Source: an uncultured Chloroflexia bacterium (GTDB lineage Bacteria > Chloroflexota > Limnocylindria > Limnocylindrales > CSP1-4). Taken from it: a DNA stretch of 64,000 nucleotides. The DNA lies in NCBI GenBank assembly GCA_963713975.1, contig OY970218.1, positions 3,264,001 to 3,328,000 on the forward strand, given 5' to 3'. Both the position numbers and the translations under genes were made by a program. Below, one piece after another: positions 1-13,285 of the stretch. Numbering within the stretch: the first letter of the stretch is position 1; every line of letters starts with the position of its first letter. Below the pieces are notes generated by a model. The model saw only the letters and a list, made by a program, of their open reading frames with translations, was not told the origin of the DNA and ran no database searches.

Positions 1-626
1 GTATTCGTCGGGCTGTAGGACCCGAGATCGAGGGCGCCCGTCATCCAGTCGTAGTAGGTCGTCGCTTCACCGACGCAGATCGTCTTGCCTGCAAGACCCT
101 CGAGCGTGGTGATGCCGGAAGCCGTGGAGGCTGCCATCTGGGCGGGGGTGTAGTAGTAGGGAACGCTGAAGTCGAGGACCGCCTGGCGAGGGGTCGTGAT
201 CGTCATGGATCCGACGCTGAAGTCCCAGCGCCCACCCCAGGAGCCCGCAGTGAGCAGGTTCCAGTCAGGTGTCTCGAACGCGATGTCCACGCCCAGGCGC
301 TTCGCGATCTCGTTCCCCACGTCGATGTCGAAGCCCTCGAACGTCCCGTCGGACTTGATCGAGGACTGCGGCGGATACTGCGGGTCGGTCGACATCTTGA
401 TGACACCGGCCTTGAGGACCTTGTCGAGCAGGCCGCCCGCGATCGGTGCCGCGCTCGCGGCCTCCGTGGGTGCCATGGACTCGGCGGCGGTCGGCGGTGC
501 CTCGGTTGCCGGTGCTTCGGTTGCGGGCGCGGTCGTCGGCGGCGCCGGGGTGGCTGCCCCGCCGCTGCATGCGGCGACCAGAACGGCGCTGGCACCGAGC
601 AGGACTAGGCGTCTGTGCAAGGACAT
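1..626 (-). CDS. Polar amino-acid ABC transporter substrate-binding lipoprotein (SBP family 3), runs off the window edge
   Basis: Not in the ORF track; translated by hand. GGAGGAG RBS, then ATG at 626: MSLHRRLVLLGASAVLVAAC (lipobox), PATEA linker, STDPQYPPQS, GFDIDV, SMTITTPR, DFSVPYY. Confidence 0.85.
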   Translation of the reverse strand, partial: MSLHRRLVLLGASAVLVAACSGGAATPAPPTTAPATEAPATEAPPTAAESMAPTEAASAAPIAGGLLDKVLKAGVIKMSTDPQYPPQSSIKSDGTFEGFDIDVGNEIAKRLGVDIAFETPDWNLLTAGSWGGRWDFSVGSMTITTPRQAVLDFSVPYYYTPAQMAASTASGITTLEGLAGKTICVGEATTYYDWMTGALDLGSYSPTN

Positions 627-821
627 TCACTCCTCCTTCGTTCGGTCACCCCGGGCATCTCATCGGACCGCCGAACGGCCGCATTATGCCCTTGCCGCAT
701 GGGGTGTGGGGCAAGGGCCGGACGGCCCCCCAATTCTGTGCGGCACCGGCTTGCGCCCGACGCCGGCCTGTGCAGGGTCTCAGCCGGGCCCAACAATCTG
801 CCGGACGCGCCTCCACGGCGT

Positions 822-4204
<3,383 letters not shown>

Positions 4205-4288
4205 GGTTCGCAGGATAGGCCCACGGTCCGCCCGGATGCACGCTGCTCGGCGGGCCACCGGCGATTCGGTCGGCCGCTCGTCGCGGGG

Positions 4289-5254
4289 TCAGACCCAGGC
4301 GCGGGCGGCGCGGCCCTCCCAGTACGCGGTCGCTGGCTCCGCCAGCCCGGGGAGGTCGGCAGCGGCGGCATCCACGGCGGCAGCGGCGGCGTTCGAGCGC
4401 ACCTGATCCGGCGTCGCGGCGCCCGACAGGACGACGTCCGCCCACGGGTTCGCGAGGACGGACCCGAGGACGAGCACATCGGCCCCCGTTCCCAAGTGCA
4501 CGGCAGCGGCGACGATGGCCGGCTCGTCCAGCAGCCGGCCGTTCGCGAGCGCCTCCTTGACGATGACGCCCCAGCCGGCGTCGTGCGCCTCCGCGAGCGC
4601 CGGCCCGACCGACGGCTCAAGCAGGTTCCACGTCGCCTGCACACACGCGAACGGGCTGACGCCGTCGACGCGGAGCGCGAGCGCGGTACGAACGACGTCC
4701 GCCTGTCGGGGTCCGCTGACGGACATCCCGATGACGAGGCCCTCCTCCGCCCGCAGCCGCGCAAGCTCGGCGAGGACGGCCGAGTCGGAGAGGACCCCGC
4801 TCTCGAGGGTCGCGGAGTGGACCTGGTAGAGGCGCAGCCAGGGGTCCAGCAGCCCGCGAGACTCCGGGAGCTGGGTTCGGAGCATCGTGATCGTGTGGTC
4901 CTTCACCTCGTGGACGGAAGCATCCATGCGCCACCCGCCGACATAGCGGTAGCCCCACTTCGACCCGACTGCAACCTGGCGGGGATCCATCGCCCGTGAC
5001 CGGAGCCACGACGCGAGGAACCGCTCCGCATACCCGTAGGAGCGCGCGACATCGAAGTACCGAAGGCCGGCGGCCCATGCCGCGTCCAACACCTCGTGGC
5101 TGCGGACCTCCATGGCCTCGATCGAGCGGTCGTCGCCGTCGCCGAGGTCCCTGGAGCGCCCCGCCGTGATGTAGGCCGGCCGACCGAGCGCTGCCAGGCC
5201 CAGCCCGATCGGCGAGACGACGAGTCCGGTGCCACCCAAGGGTCGGAGGTCCAT
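4289..5254 (-). CDS. Aldo/keto reductase
   Basis: MDLRPLGGTGLVVSPIGLG, FDVARSYG.AE, SKWG, YQVH. Confidence 0.9.
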   Translation of the reverse strand: MDLRPLGGTGLVVSPIGLGLAALGRPAYITAGRSRDLGDGDDRSIEAMEVRSHEVLDAAWAAGLRYFDVARSYGYAERFLASWLRSRAMDPRQVAVGSKWGYRYVGGWRMDASVHEVKDHTITMLRTQLPESRGLLDPWLRLYQVHSATLESGVLSDSAVLAELARLRAEEGLVIGMSVSGPRQADVVRTALALRVDGVSPFACVQATWNLLEPSVGPALAEAHDAGWGVIVKEALANGRLLDEPAIVAAAVHLGTGADVLVLGSVLANPWADVVLSGAATPDQVRSNAAAAAVDAAAADLPGLAEPATAYWEGRAARAWV

Positions 5255-5291
5255 GCGGACACCGTACTCCGGCTGGCGTACGCTGCGCAGC

Positions 5292-5753
5292 ATGGACAAG
5301 GAGACGCTGCTCACCCAGATCCTCGAGACGCACGGCCCCATCGAGGCGGCCGCCGCCGCGCTCGACGACGACGCCCTGCTCGGCGCCGCGCCCGACATGG
5401 AGGGCTGGACCCGCAAGGACGTCCTCGCCCATATCGAGTGGTGGAGCGCCCACTCGGCGGACGTGATCGAGGGCGTCCGATCCGGCGTCGATCCGTATCC
5501 GGGCGGCGACGAACCGTGGGACGCGGATGCCTGGAACGTACGGATCCTGGACGAGAACCGGGCTCGCACGGCCGATGACGTGCGTCGGGGCGAAGCCGGG
5601 GCCTTCGCGCGCCTGGTCGCAGCGGTCGAGACGGCCACCGATGACGAGCTGTTCGCCGAGGACCCGCTCCCGTGGCTGGACGGCACGCTCGCCGAGACGA
5701 TCATCGAGGACTCGTCACGCCACTACCCGGATCACGTCCCGCACCTCGCCTGA
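5292..5753 (+). CDS. DinB/ClbS/DfsB-like four-helix-bundle protein
   Basis: GWTRKDVLAHI and C-terminal HYPDH, the DinB-superfamily His pattern. Confidence 0.75.
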   Translation: MDKETLLTQILETHGPIEAAAAALDDDALLGAAPDMEGWTRKDVLAHIEWWSAHSADVIEGVRSGVDPYPGGDEPWDADAWNVRILDENRARTADDVRRGEAGAFARLVAAVETATDDELFAEDPLPWLDGTLAETIIEDSSRHYPDHVPHLA

Positions 5754-5810
5754 GCGGCCCGTTCGTCGCCACCGGGGCCGAACACGTGCTCGGCCGCCCA
5801 AGGAAACGGC

Positions 5811-8561
5811 CTACCCGATCAGCTCCAGGTTCGCGAGGCTGGCCAGCATCGTCTTGCGCCCCACCTGCGGGTCCCTGAAGGCGACCTGGACCTCCTCGTC
5901 GTCGCGCGTCAGCTTCGACGTGATGACGATGCCGTCGCCCCAGCGAGCGTGCCGTACCCGGTCCCCGTCGCGGAAGCGGCGCTCGCCGGGCACGATCGGC
6001 CGCGGCGGGATCACCGCCCGAGCCGGTCGCGCCGGCTGGATCTGCCCCTCGGAGCCATCGTCGACGCCGCCCGCGGGCCGTCCAAGCGACCCGGACGGCG
6101 CTCCGGCCGCGTACGCCTCGCGCTTCGCCCCCAGGTCCCGCGATGGCCGGAACGTCTCGCCCGGGGCCGGAGCGCCCGGCCGCCCGCTGCCCTGCCGGTA
6201 GGCGCCGCCACCGGCCCGGATTCCGGCGCCGAAGCGTGAGCCACGCTCGCGGAAGACGAGGTCGGGATCCAGGTCCGCGCCGATGTCCCCGCCACCGCGG
6301 AGCTGCGGACCCACCATCAGCTCCTGCGGGATCTCGAGCAGGAACCGGGACGGGATGCTCATGCCCCCGCCGCCCCAGGTCGCCCGCCGCCACGCGTGTG
6401 AAAGGAACAGCCGTCGCTTGGCCCTCGTGATGCCGACGTAGGCCAGGCGTCGCTCCTCCTCCAGCTCGCCTTCGTCATCCAGGGCGCGGTTGTGCGGGAA
6501 CACGCCCTCCTCGAGGCCCCCGATGAACACCACCGGGAACTCGAGGCCCTTGGCCGCGTGGAGCGTGATCAGCGTGACGGCATCCTTCTCACCCTCGTAG
6601 GCGTCCTGGTCCGCGACCAGCGCCGTCTCCTCGAGCAGCCGGTCAAGCGCGTCCTCCGGTGACAGGTCGTCGTAGCGGGTGGTCACGGCGCGCAGCTCGA
6701 GCAGGTTCGCCCATCGGTCCTCGCCCTCCTCAGAGCCGTCGGCGAGCATCGCGCGGTAGCCCGAGGCCTCGAGCACCTCGTCGAGCAGCTCCGGCAGCGG
6801 CAGCACGCCGATCCGCAGGCGCAGGCGCGAGACCAGGACCGCGAACTCACCGATCGCCGTCCTCGACCGCGTCGCCAGCCCGTCGACCTCGCCCTTGCCC
6901 GCCGCGACGACCGCCTCGAACATCGAGTTGTCGTGCTTGTCGGCGTGGCGCCGCAGCGCCTCCACACTCTTGTCGCCGATCCCGCGGGCCGGGACGTTGA
7001 TCACGCGCTCGTACGAGACGGCGTCCGTGTCCGAGCGGAGCACCCGCAAGTAGGCCAGCGCATCCTTGACCTCGCGCCGCTGGTAGAACCGCGTGCCGCC
7101 CACCAGCTGGTACCGGATCCCGTAGCGCAGGAACGCCTCCTCGATGGCCCGGGACTGGGAGTTCATCCGGTACATCACGGCGAGGTCCTTGGGCCGGAAG
7201 CGCGACGACTCGTCGTCGTCCGCCCGCCTCGTCAGCCAGGCGCCCCGGCCGGTCGACCCCACCAAGCCCTCGACCTGGCGGGCGATCCACTCGGCCTCCT
7301 CCTCCTCGTTGAAGGCCTCGAAGCGCTGGATCGGGACGCCGCCGTGGTTCTCGGTCCACAGCGTCTTGTCGGTCCGGCGCTCGTTGCGTGACACGACCGC
7401 GTGGGCCGCGTCGAGGATCAGCTGTGTCGATCGGTAGTTCTGCTCGAGCTTGACGACTGTCGCGTCCGGGTAGTCGCGCTCGAAGTCGAGGATGTTCTGG
7501 ACGTTCGCGCCACGCCAGCCGTAGATCGACTGGTCGTCGTCGCCGACGACGCACAGGTTGCGGTGGGCCGCCGCGAGGGCCTTGACCCACAGGTACTGCG
7601 GCCGGTTCGTGTCCTGGTACTCGTCCACGTGCAGGTATTGCCAGCGCTTCTGGTACCGCTCCAGCACCTCGGGTGCCTGCTCGAACAGCTCCACCGCCTT
7701 GAGCAGGAGATCATCGAAGTCGACGGCCCCGACCTCGCGCAGGCGCTCCTCGTACCGCGCGGCGAGCCTCGCGATGACGCGCTCCCTGTGGTTGACCGCG
7801 TTCTGGGCGAGGAACGTCGCGTCCAGCATGTCGTTCTTGGCCCGGCTGATGGCACCCAGGATCGCGGCCGGCCGGAACTCGCCGGTGGCCGGCAGGTCCT
7901 GCTCGGCCAGGATCCGCTTCATCAGCTGCTGCTGGTCGTCCGTGTCGTAGATGACGAAGCGGCGGTCCAGACCGATCGCCTCGCCGTCCCGGCGCAGCAC
8001 CCGGGCGCAGAGGGAATGGAAGGTCCCCGCATCCACCTCCCTGCCGTGGTCGCCGGTCAGGGCCGTGATCCGCTCGCGAAGCTCCCCGGCCGCACGGTTG
8101 GTAAAGGTGACCGCCAGGATCCGCCGCTGCTGTATCGCCTTGACGCCGATCAGGTAGGCGATGCGGTGGGCGACGACGCGTGTCTTGCCCGAGCCCGCGC
8201 CGGCCAAGATCAGCAGCGGACCGTCGACGGTCGTGACGGCACGTCGCTGTTCGGGGTTGAGGCGGCTGGTGATCTCCTCGGATCGGGCGGCGCGGCGGGC
8301 CTCGATCGCCGCGGCGACCTCCTCAGGCGACAGGACCGGACCGGCGGCGACCGCCGGCTCGGGAGGAGCGTCGCGAAGCCAGTCGGGCTCGTCGGGGACG
8401 ACTTCAATGGGCGGACCCGTCTCGGTGTCCGGACCTGTCCCGGAGGCACCGGCGGATGTCGCGTCCGGCCCGAAGTCCAGCAGCGTGCCCTGGCCGTCGG
8501 GCTCATCGAGGCGTCGGGTACGCCGACGCTTCAGGGGCTCGCCAGCAGGGGTGGGACTCAC
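5811..8561 (-). CDS. pcrA: UvrD/PcrA-family ATP-dependent DNA helicase
   Basis: AGAGSGKT, VDEYQD, GDDDQSIY, LEQNYRS, HAAKGLEF, YVGITRA, C-terminal Tudor-like domain (GDRVRHARWGDG). Confidence 0.95.
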   Translation of the reverse strand: MSPTPAGEPLKRRRTRRLDEPDGQGTLLDFGPDATSAGASGTGPDTETGPPIEVVPDEPDWLRDAPPEPAVAAGPVLSPEEVAAAIEARRAARSEEITSRLNPEQRRAVTTVDGPLLILAGAGSGKTRVVAHRIAYLIGVKAIQQRRILAVTFTNRAAGELRERITALTGDHGREVDAGTFHSLCARVLRRDGEAIGLDRRFVIYDTDDQQQLMKRILAEQDLPATGEFRPAAILGAISRAKNDMLDATFLAQNAVNHRERVIARLAARYEERLREVGAVDFDDLLLKAVELFEQAPEVLERYQKRWQYLHVDEYQDTNRPQYLWVKALAAAHRNLCVVGDDDQSIYGWRGANVQNILDFERDYPDATVVKLEQNYRSTQLILDAAHAVVSRNERRTDKTLWTENHGGVPIQRFEAFNEEEEAEWIARQVEGLVGSTGRGAWLTRRADDDESSRFRPKDLAVMYRMNSQSRAIEEAFLRYGIRYQLVGGTRFYQRREVKDALAYLRVLRSDTDAVSYERVINVPARGIGDKSVEALRRHADKHDNSMFEAVVAAGKGEVDGLATRSRTAIGEFAVLVSRLRLRIGVLPLPELLDEVLEASGYRAMLADGSEEGEDRWANLLELRAVTTRYDDLSPEDALDRLLEETALVADQDAYEGEKDAVTLITLHAAKGLEFPVVFIGGLEEGVFPHNRALDDEGELEEERRLAYVGITRAKRRLFLSHAWRRATWGGGGMSIPSRFLLEIPQELMVGPQLRGGGDIGADLDPDLVFRERGSRFGAGIRAGGGAYRQGSGRPGAPAPGETFRPSRDLGAKREAYAAGAPSGSLGRPAGGVDDGSEGQIQPARPARAVIPPRPIVPGERRFRDGDRVRHARWGDGIVITSKLTRDDEEVQVAFRDPQVGRKTMLASLANLELIG

Positions 8562-8622
8562 CCGACCATTCTAGGGTGCGAAGGCGTCGGGCCCGGACGT
8601 GACGGCTCCGGGGCTCCGGATG

Positions 8623-9096
8623 TCAGCTTCCGGGCTGGCCCCACCCGGGTGGCGGCGGGGGCGTCCCGACGCGCTCGGTTCCGTGGCCCGGATCGGCGTA
8701 CCCCGGGGAGCCGTACGGCGACGGGTAGCCCGGGGCCTGGAGTCCCGTACCCGGGTAGCCCGGCCCACCCGGGTACGGTCCCTCGACGTCCACGTGCACC
8801 CGGATCCCGCCGACCCGGCCGGCAGCGAAGTTGTAGAGCGCACACAGGATCGCGGTCATGACCCAGCCGACCGCTCCGTAGAACAGCAGCCCGAGCCCTC
8901 CGACGAGAATGATGCCCAGCAGGCCGGCGCCAAGGCCCGCCGCACTCCCCGAACCGGAGCCGGTCGAGGCCAAGCCCGCGATCGCTACCAGGAGCAGCAC
9001 GGGGATCATGAACACCAGCACGATCACCGCGTAGAGCACGGCGACCACATTCGCTGTCCGGACGACGTCGAACCGCCGGATCGTGACCCTGTTCAA
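8623..9096 (-). CDS. Small membrane protein, DUF3566-like, with Pro/Gly/Tyr-rich tail
   Basis: TTG start after GGAGG; two hydrophobic helices; LYNFAAGRVGGIRV motif. Confidence 0.65.
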   Translation of the reverse strand: MNRVTIRRFDVVRTANVVAVLYAVIVLVFMIPVLLLVAIAGLASTGSGSGSAAGLGAGLLGIILVGGLGLLFYGAVGWVMTAILCALYNFAAGRVGGIRVHVDVEGPYPGGPGYPGTGLQAPGYPSPYGSPGYADPGHGTERVGTPPPPPGWGQPGS

Positions 9097-9236
9097 CTTC
9101 GGTGCCTCCAGTCGCAGCAGGTATCGGTGACCCCGTCGTGAGGTCGCCCAACAGCACGCCAAGCGTACCTTCAAGAGAGCCGGCCCCAGCCCCCCGGTTC
9201 CCGCGGTCGCGACGCCCCACTTGTGCCGGAATCGAA

Positions 9237-9262
9237 GAGCCCGGGCCTCACGGCCCGGGCTC
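9237..9262 (-). terminator. Hairpin terminator downstream of groEL
   Basis: GAGCCCGGGCC-4 nt-GGCCCGGGCTC perfect 11-bp stem 24 nt after the groEL stop; weak U tail. Confidence 0.7.
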
Positions 9263-9286
9263 CTTGCGTGGTGCGTTGCGACGGAC

Positions 9287-11292
<2,006 letters not shown>

Positions 11293-11496
11293 GGTTCGTT
11301 CCTCCTGTGGCGGCCGGGCACGGCCGCCGGTGGCCTGGTTGGTGGTCCCGGACGACTGGGGCAGGCTGCCTGCAGTCGTCCGTCGATCCTCCTGTCGAGT
11401 GCCTCACCATCGGCCGCGACTCGGGGACCGTTGCCGCGCCGGTCGGCGCTTGCCGAACATCCCGGCCGGGCCCTGCGAGATCGCGTCACGTTTGAT

Positions 11497-11523
11497 TTGG
11501 CACTCTCACGTTGAGAGTGCCAA
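11497..11523. promoter_or_regulatory. CIRCE element (HrcA operator)
   Basis: TTGGCACTC-N9-GAGTGCCAA perfect inverted repeat, matching consensus TTAGCACTC-N9-GAGTGCTAA, upstream of groES. Confidence 0.93.
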
Positions 11524-11524
11524 C

Positions 11525-11554
11525 AAACTACCGGAGGCACCGTCCCGTTGTCAA
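11525..11554 (-). promoter_or_regulatory. Housekeeping-sigma promoter of groESL
   Basis: TTGACA (11554-11549), 18 nt, TAGTTT (11530-11525), directly abutting CIRCE. Confidence 0.75.
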
Positions 11555-11575
11555 CCAGCGATCCGAATGTCGTAG

Positions 11576-11951
11576 GCATCCCAGCGTCTGTGCTGGCCTG
11601 ACCGGAACGGGCCGAGCCCCATCGGCCGGCTGCATGAGCTGGTTCCAGAGCGGGGTGTCTGGGTCGTGGCCAGACGTGAAGGGGCCGCTGGCCGCTGCCC
11701 GGGCACGACCTCTGCGTGGCCGCTCCCCGAACGGGTGAACGGTGCGCTTGTGTCCGATCTCGCTCTGCGGATGAGCGGGACCGGGTCCGGTCCAGAGGGT
11801 CCCAGGCCGCAGTCCACCCACCGGGAACGTGGGATCGCACATCACCGCACCGTTCGCTCTCCCGGTGGATGACGGTCGCCGACGGCCGCCGACGGCACGG
11901 GGTCGCGGCCCTGCCCGTCACCGGCCTGAGCCAGCGCAGACGATGGGATGC
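11576..11951. ncRNA. Candidate large structured non-coding RNA, family unrecognised
   Basis: 22-nt ends complementary at 20/22 positions; several internal helices; two possible pseudoknots; no credible ORF. Confidence 0.5.
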
Positions 11952-11967
11952 TTCCCTGATTGTCCTC

Positions 11968-12807
11968 TCAGGGGCGCGGCAGCGACCGCGGGAACGTGGC
12001 GTCGTAGGCGGCGACCAGGGCATCGCCCAGCTCAGGCTCCCCCATCCCACGCCGCTCGGCGACCCAGCGCGCGGTGATGGCGACGAACTCGGGAGCGTTG
12101 CGACCGCGCGGGGCACCCGGTGGCGAGAGGAACGGCGCGTCCGTCTCGACCAGCAGGCGGGCGGCGGGAACCAGGGGCACCACGTCGGCGGATGCCTCCT
12201 CGCCGCGCCGGAAGACGAGGCCGCCGAATGCGATCGCGAGCCCCATCGACAGCATGGTCTCCGCGTAGTCGACGGGTCCCGAGAAGCTGTGGACCACGGC
12301 CGGCGGGCGATCGCCGAACACGTCGCGGGCGGCCACGTCGTCGAACCCCGCCGCCCTGAGCTCCGCGACGAGGGCATCCTGGGCGTCACGCTCGCCGGCT
12401 CGCGAGCGGCAGTGCAGGATGGCCGGCTTCCCGGTCGCGAGCGCCAGGCCCAGGTTGCGGCGCAGGTTGTCCAGCTGTGCCTCCCACGGCGAGAACATCC
12501 GGTCCGAGTCCAGCCCCGTCTCCCCGATCGCGACTACGCGGTCGTCGCGCGCCCAGGCCTCGATCCGTGTCCAGCCGGCCTCGTCCACCTTTGCCGCATC
12601 GTGCGGGTGGATGCCAACCGCCGCGTCGAGCCACGGCCTGTCCGCCACCACCTCCAGCGCCCGCTCCGAGGAACGGACGTTCCAGCCGGGGACGAGGATC
12701 CGCTCGAGACCGGCCGTTCGGGCTGCGCCGAGTACGTCGTCGAGGTCGTCGTCGAAGCGGTCAGCGTTGAGGTGGCCGTGCGAGTCGACGAGTCGCCCGG
12801 GCGTCAT
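11968..12807 (-). CDS. tatD: TatD-family metal-dependent hydrolase/DNase
   Basis: DSHGH, GIHPH, AIGETGLD, LHCR, HSFSG, LVETDAP. Confidence 0.93.
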   Translation of the reverse strand: MTPGRLVDSHGHLNADRFDDDLDDVLGAARTAGLERILVPGWNVRSSERALEVVADRPWLDAAVGIHPHDAAKVDEAGWTRIEAWARDDRVVAIGETGLDSDRMFSPWEAQLDNLRRNLGLALATGKPAILHCRSRAGERDAQDALVAELRAAGFDDVAARDVFGDRPPAVVHSFSGPVDYAETMLSMGLAIAFGGLVFRRGEEASADVVPLVPAARLLVETDAPFLSPPGAPRGRNAPEFVAITARWVAERRGMGEPELGDALVAAYDATFPRSLPRP

Positions 12808-12835
12808 CCGCCCGCGTGCCGTGATGGGGCGGACA

Positions 12836-13285
12836 CTATGCCCCCTCGAGGGCACGGCGGATCTGGTCGATGTGGTCCCACCGGTGCGCCGTTCGATCCA
12901 CCCAGTTCGGACCGTCCGCGGCGCGGGCGCAGGCCACCTGCTCGTCCGTGAGGCCGGCGATATGGGTATCGATGGCCGCCGCAGCGCCGAGGCAGAGCGT
13001 CACGGCCGGCACGGGCGGGAGTGCACGCCACGTGGCCTCGAGCGCCTCATTGCTGCGCCCGGTCACCTCGTCCGTAGCCGGCGGCGGGCATACCCGGCCG
13101 TTGGCGGCCGCGTGCCGCCAGCGGGCGAGGTGGAAGCCGTCCCAGTAGGCGAGATGCGCGAGCCCCATGGCCACCGTCCACTCCTCGCCCATGTCGGTCG
13201 CGAGATCTGCGTCCGAGAGGGTCGCGACCAGGTCGGCCAAGGCCGCCGTCGCATCGACGTTGGCGACCTCGAAGTCGCGGTTCAT
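12836..13285 (-). CDS. DinB-like (maleylpyruvate isomerase N-terminal type) protein
   Basis: WTVAMGLAHLAYWD and HRWDH; ATGA overlap with the metG stop. Confidence 0.7.
   Translation of the reverse strand: MNRDFEVANVDATAALADLVATLSDADLATDMGEEWTVAMGLAHLAYWDGFHLARWRHAAANGRVCPPPATDEVTGRSNEALEATWRALPPVPAVTLCLGAAAAIDTHIAGLTDEQVACARAADGPNWVDRTAHRWDHIDQIRRALEGA

Noticed and set aside
8746-8778. Inverted repeat CCGTACCCGGGT/ACCCGGGTACGG
   Set aside because: It lies inside the Pro/Gly/Tyr-rich coding tail and is explained by complementary Pro and Gly codons.
11783-11808. Resemblance of GGGTCCGGTCCAGAGGGTCCCAGGCC to SRP RNA helix 8
   Set aside because: The conserved CAGG/AGCA internal loop and GNRA tetraloop are absent.
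11576-11951. RNase P RNA, tmRNA or IS identity for the structured element
   Set aside because: No GAGGAAAGTCC or ACAGAA..CGGCTTA, no T-arm with CCA end, no transposase and no evident target-site duplication.
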